Source of the DNA: Balanoglossus misakiensis
Lineage: Eukaryota > Animalia > Hemichordata
DNA length: 64,000 bases
Assembly: GCA_040954595.2 (NCBI GenBank)
Contig: CM082584.2
Span: 12,685,166-12,749,165 of the forward strand
Reading direction: 5' to 3'
The notes under the pieces are model-generated. The model was given only the letters and a program-made list of their open reading frames with translations. It searched no databases and was not told where the DNA came from. Made by a program: the position numbers and the translations under genes. This document shows positions 58,901 to 64,000 of this stretch, one piece after another. How positions within the stretch are numbered: the first letter of the stretch is position 1; each line of letters begins with the position of its first letter.

Positions 58901-61900
58901 GGTGTTGTGTACAGTCTGAAGACAGAGACAGCTGAGGCCAAGGTGGCAAAGATGGACGCCGTTGAGGTCGCTTCCATGACACTGACTTCGGCATTTGGGG
59001 GATTTACAATTCCAAACGATCCACCTCAGAACATCGACTCGGGGCGAGTGTTTGTAAAGGTTAGCGAGTGTCACTGCAACTGTTCATCTTTCCGGTTCTG
59101 CTTTCAACTAATTGCTGAAAACCACATATGTCAAAGTGGTGATTATCTATTAAAAAGTGTAGATTAGCAGACAACAGGTTTGTGAGATTTTTGTGGAGAA
59201 ATGTGTATTGAAGCATCTACGTGTGATCTATTCGAGTTTCACTGCGTAACATTAGTACAGGTTAGATCTATTGTCAATCACTGCTGTTGTGAATGATTGC
59301 AATTTGTACCGTACGTGTTGTCCACAGTTCCTCGCCTTTGCCAAAAGTCCGTACTTCTGGAACAAACCGACAGAATTGGGAGATTCACCAGTGGTATCCT
59401 TAGTGCTGACGGACCAGTTCGGGAAGAAGGTGTCCTTTGATGGCATTCACACCGTTAGAGTCGACAATAACGACAAGCAGAGCGCGTTGGGTACCGCGAC
59501 TGATGCCGAGTTGTCCTTAGGGTTCAACAATACTAGGTTGGGGCAGTTCAACCTCACACCAGGTGTTACAGACAGTCTGGTCGCTGTAACTGTCGAATCA
59601 GACAACCCGAGAGCCGAGTATAACATTTACATGCAAGCCGGCCAAATCTCAAATGCAAAGGACGATGACACTGTGTGGAAGATTTCGGGACCCTACCCGA
59701 AGACAGTAACACATGAAATCCAAGAGAGCGGCACGTTTTACTATATGATAACTAAACCAGGTGGGATAATCGTCTTGGACGTGTACTGTGATTTGCATGT
59801 CCTAGCCACTTGGCTAGTTACAATCTACTGAACCCCCTCTGTCAATGTTGTACATAATGGATGGTCCCTTACCTTATAAAATTTCACTTTTTTCAGGTGA
59901 AGCTGATGGCAGGGATGAATTCCTCGACGTGAAGGTTTCGGCGAGGCGTCTTATTTGCCGCTACTGGAACGAAGAACACGAGGACTGGCGCTCCGATGGC
60001 TGCCGGGTACGATGAATATTCACGCGTATTGATTCGCAGCGGATCAACCAAATCACCCCGCTCCAAACGCTTTCATGTGTGACTCCGCCGCGGAGTGAAC
60101 ACAGATCTTCGAACCTTCAAAATGAGAGACGAAAAATAAAAGTATAGGAAATAGTGACAATTTAATACTCTACACGTTACCAGACATAACGCGTTTTTTG
60201 TCTTGTTTCCCTTCCGATCGTTTCCTTGTATTTTACAGCCTGTACTCTCGGAAGATCAACATTCATACACTTGTCACTGCGATCACCTGACGGCGTTCAC
60301 GGCTGCCGAGTTCACGGTTCCCGTCAACAGGATTGATTTCTCAACCGTCTTTGATAAAAACATCCTTGATAACGCCGTGGTCTTGGTCGTCATTATATCC
60401 TTCTTCGTCTTGTACGTACTTCTGTTCATCTGTCTTAGGCGGAAGGACAAGACTGATTTGATGAAGGTTGGTCTACGGTCCCATATGCTTACACTCCAAA
60501 GTTCCATAACTTCAAGAATGACTCTAACGACTTAAGAGTCCGTTTTAACTGTACATGTAAAAAAAGTTGTGGTAATGTTTCGATGTGCATTTTTACCTCA
60601 GTGGATGGTTATACCGTTGGTGGATAACAAGGAGGATGATGATTACCTGTACAAACTGACGGTGTACACTGGTATTAGACCATTTTCCGGCACTAACTGC
60701 GAAGTGTATTTTGACATTGTCGGAGAAAAGGGGAAAAGTGGAGTGAGACGTCTTTCTGATGTAAAGGGCTCATTCGTAAGTGTGTTATCCTTCTTTTTGA
60801 TCTTCTGGACATGATCGATGTACAACCCAGTATTCACTGCTAACCACAGTCTGAGTCTATCAAAACTTCCTTGCAGACGTTGTCTCGTGCCAGTGTCCGC
60901 AATTTCTCCTTGACTGTGCCGAAGGGCCTAGGAACCTTGCTGTACGTCCACATTTGGATGAAACCAAGAGGTGGTATTTTTGATCCGTGGTATCTGGAGA
61001 GGTTGCACGTAGTTGACATTCAGGCGAAAGAAAGGTAAGCGAAATGAGCACCGCTTCTGTTACCCCCAGTTTTCAATTCTTCCGTAAATATCTTTGATTA
61101 TGGTAGTGGTGGATATGATGATGATGATGGTGGTGATGTTCTTTTGCAGTTTTAATTTCGTCTGTTATGACTGGTTTGCCGTTGATCGAAGTGACACTCG
61201 AGTCGAACGCGTCCTGCCCGTCAGTGGAGATGTACAGCTGTCCTCCTTTGACCACCTGATATCGAACAACACCCGAGTGAAGTTTACTGACGAGTATCTT
61301 TGGGGATCCCTGATCAGTCGGCCGACCCACAGCTACTTCACTCGGATCGAACGACTTTCATGTTGCATCACCTATCTATACATGGCCATGTTGGCCAATG
61401 CAATGTTCTACAAGCTCAGCCCAAACGCTGAAGACACCACGAAGCAATTTGTGTTGGGGCCACTGGTGTTCACAGCGGGCACCATCTACTCCAGCATCGT
61501 CAGCTGCCTGGTAACATTACCAGCAACTGTCGTGGTGGTGGAGATCTTCCGCAAGTCGAGGCCATTTGCAGCAAGACATTGCGACACCAAACGACAAGAG
61601 CGAAAGAAGCACTACCAGGAACTGGGGAAGAAACAGAAGAAAGCTCATCCACTGCCGTGGTGGTGCAAAATCATTGGTTGGTTTCTGGTGTTCGCAAGTA
61701 TGTTTCTGTCGTCATTCTTCGTGGTGTTGTACAGTCTCCAGTGGGGACCTGATATATCTCACCAGTGGCTGACGTCAGAACTGACGTCATTCTTCCTGTC
61801 TGCATGCGTAATTGATCCATTGAAGGCAAGTAGCATACTCAACGTACGATTTGTTTTCCTTTCGGAATTTGCAACCAAAATAACTGAGGGGTTGCCACTT

Positions 61901-64000
61901 CTGCCACCATTCCACATGAAACCTAGCGAAGTAATCTTGATCTTCTCTAACCCACTGTACTCTCAATCATGATCTTGTAGGCAGTTGGACTGGCAATCTT
62001 GCTTACTTTGATCTTTGTGCTGATAAAGAAACCGTTCGTACCAGAAGCTGACAAAAACGCCGAGATAACCCAGGCCGAAAAATCTGGCGTCGATACTTTC
62101 ATGAGAGTTGGAAAAGGTAAACATTTCCTAAGAAAATATCACATTTGTCAGTCATTTCTCAAGAAAAGGGCTCAATACCTCAACAATTGTTACCAGTTTA
62201 TTATTATTCATATCATAACTATCATTATTATCCCCATTCTTATTTACAGGAGGACCATATATCAGCCCACCATCGGAAGGAGAAGTTCAGGCAGCACATA
62301 ACCGTCAAATGAAGCGAAACAACCTGAAAGATTTCTTCCGGGAGTTTCTTTTTTACATTATGTTCCTGCTTGTTGCAAGTGAAATCGCAGGCACCTACAG
62401 GTCCGGCACGATTTTCTACTCGAACAAAGCGATTATGGATGCTCTTGGTGGTTATGATATCTTAGATGTAAGTGGGTAATTATTCGCCTTTTTACCGACA
62501 CAGTCAAGACAGATTATCTGCCAAAGTATATATTTTCTTAAACAATATTTTTGTACATTATGAATTTCAGTGCCACGACTTGTCTTGCTACTGGGAATGG
62601 CTGAATGGTACTGTTATTCCTGCCGTCAATCCGGAGTACAACTATAATGGGAAAAAGATGAGGAACAGAAATCCCCGACTGTCAACCCAGGTTTCCTTCA
62701 TGTTGGGTCCTGTAACACTGCGACAATTGCGAGTTAGATCAGGTGTGTACTAGTTTTGATTTTGATCCATCTAACCACATCTACAGCAATCCATGTACTA
62801 TTGATCTGTCTCCTTTACCAATTTCATAGGCCTAATGTGAAATTATCCCTACTTATTCTTGATAGGAGAATGCCTTGTGCCAGATCCAATGGATGATATT
62901 ACACGTGTCTGTGTTCCGCCATACTCGTCTGATGTTGAACAGCACGCACCATACAACGGCAGCTGGGAGGTTGAGATGCAAGCATTCGATGACGATGAGC
63001 TCCAGTCCATCACGAAGTCGCCATGGGTACACACTCGATACTACGAAGACAACGTGACGTACGCTCCTTCTTTCTTCAGCAGTACGGGGAACAGTTACTC
63101 TGGCTACGGCTACGTGGCTGTTTTAGGGATGGATGGAGCCGAGGCAAGGAACGTCATCGAAGAACTCTTCAAATCCAACTGGATCGATCGAAACACGAGA
63201 GCAGTCTTTCTGGAATTCACCATCTACAACGCCAACATCAATGTCTACAGTCTAGTCACCTTCCTGACAGAGTTCTTCGGCACAGGCACCGTTACAGCGA
63301 CCTACAGAGTTGATTCCATCAGACTTCTGGACTTGTTCAACTTCAACTTCGACACCTTCATCTCCATCCTTTGCCACGTCATATTCTTAATCATGGTTAT
63401 TTATCTGGCGTGTTGGTGGGCCTGGAAAGCATGCAAGGAAGGTCGTAAAGCTGTGCGCGGTGTATTTAAATGCTGGGATCTTCTTCTCTTCATATTATCA
63501 CTCTGTACCATTGGTCTCTTCTTTGCACGTTTGGTCACGTGCAATGTGGTCAAGGCAGAGTTTCAAACAAACAGAGGTAAACATTCTACGTGTCTCTTTA
63601 AATCTACCCATTCTAGCTTGCATTTTCGTTTTGCATAATTAGGAGTACTGCTATATTTGCTTACATTGGATTCGTCTGTCTGTTGTTGTATATGTATGAA
63701 GATATGCACGTATACTGATAACCTTTACTGACTCGATTCATTTTTTTGTCTTTCAGCATCTTATGGGAGTGTGCGCTTCCTGATTCTCATCGACGATATC
63801 TTCAATCACTTTATTGCGCTGGTTCCCTTCTTCTGCATGGTTGGGTTCCTTCGCTTGCTCACCCTCTACAGACGCACACGAATGTTCTTCTTTGTCTTTC
63901 GCATAGCGTCTAACACCTTCATTTCCTTCTCTATCATGCTTGGCATCATATTCCTGGCTTTCGCCCAACTCTTTTATCTGTACTTCGGGAGCACCGCCAG
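55985..64000 (+). CDS. Polycystin-1-like protein (PKD1L/REJ family): signal peptide, partial REJ, GAIN/GPS, PLAT/LH2, polycystin channel region; truncated by the window end
   Basis: Exons: 55985-56048, 56235-56438, 57557-57581, 57740-57909, 58054-58227, 58356-58502, 58653-58717, 58826-59059, 59328-59760, 59897-60006, 60239-60466, 60602-60776, 60877-61034, 61150-61825, 61981-62116, 62250-62467, 62570-62742, 62866-63576, 63756-end. GPS: CRYWNEEHEDWRSDGC...CHCDHLTAF. PLAT: YKLTVYTG. Also F.CYDWFAVD, FTRIERLSCC, LRQLRV and WIDRNTRAVFLEFTIYNANIN. Confidence 0.92.
61826..61980 (+). other. GC-AG intron in the PKD1-like gene
   Basis: AAG|GCAAGT donor with otherwise perfect consensus and a TAG acceptor at 61978-61980. 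The join reads DPLK|AVGLAILL in frame. Confidence 0.75.

Noticed and set aside
61073-61330. His-rich minus-strand ORF
   Set aside because: It comes from an intronic (ATG/GTG)n low-complexity stretch plus the antisense of a polycystin exon.

Overview
AT-rich, intron-rich animal genomic DNA. It is probably a marine invertebrate deuterostome (hemichordate/echinoderm-like), inferred from gene content and intron style only. I assembled eight spliced protein-coding genes by hand from splice signals and reading phase: (1) the 3' half of Nuclear factor I (NFI, +) with a ~4.4 kb 3' UTR; (2) a tandem calponin-homology-domain protein with a long low-complexity tail (-); (3) a 19-exon gene (-) joining an apparently catalytically dead kinesin motor domain to a CCDC78-type coiled coil; (4) a CD225/dispanin gene (+) nested antisense in the 5 kb intron of gene 3; (5) TRAPPC10 (+), head-to-head with gene 3 and carrying a U12-type intron; (6, 7) a head-to-head CYP4 pair with patchy gene conversion and a Glu/Gly difference at the heme-linking I-helix position; (8) a compact PKD1-like polycystin (+) that runs off the window end. 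Also present are short MITE-like elements, a (GGA)34 tract and G/C homopolymer runs. The kinesin-pseudomotor/CCDC78 gene is the most unusual signal. No database searches were run, so all family calls rest on recognised motifs.
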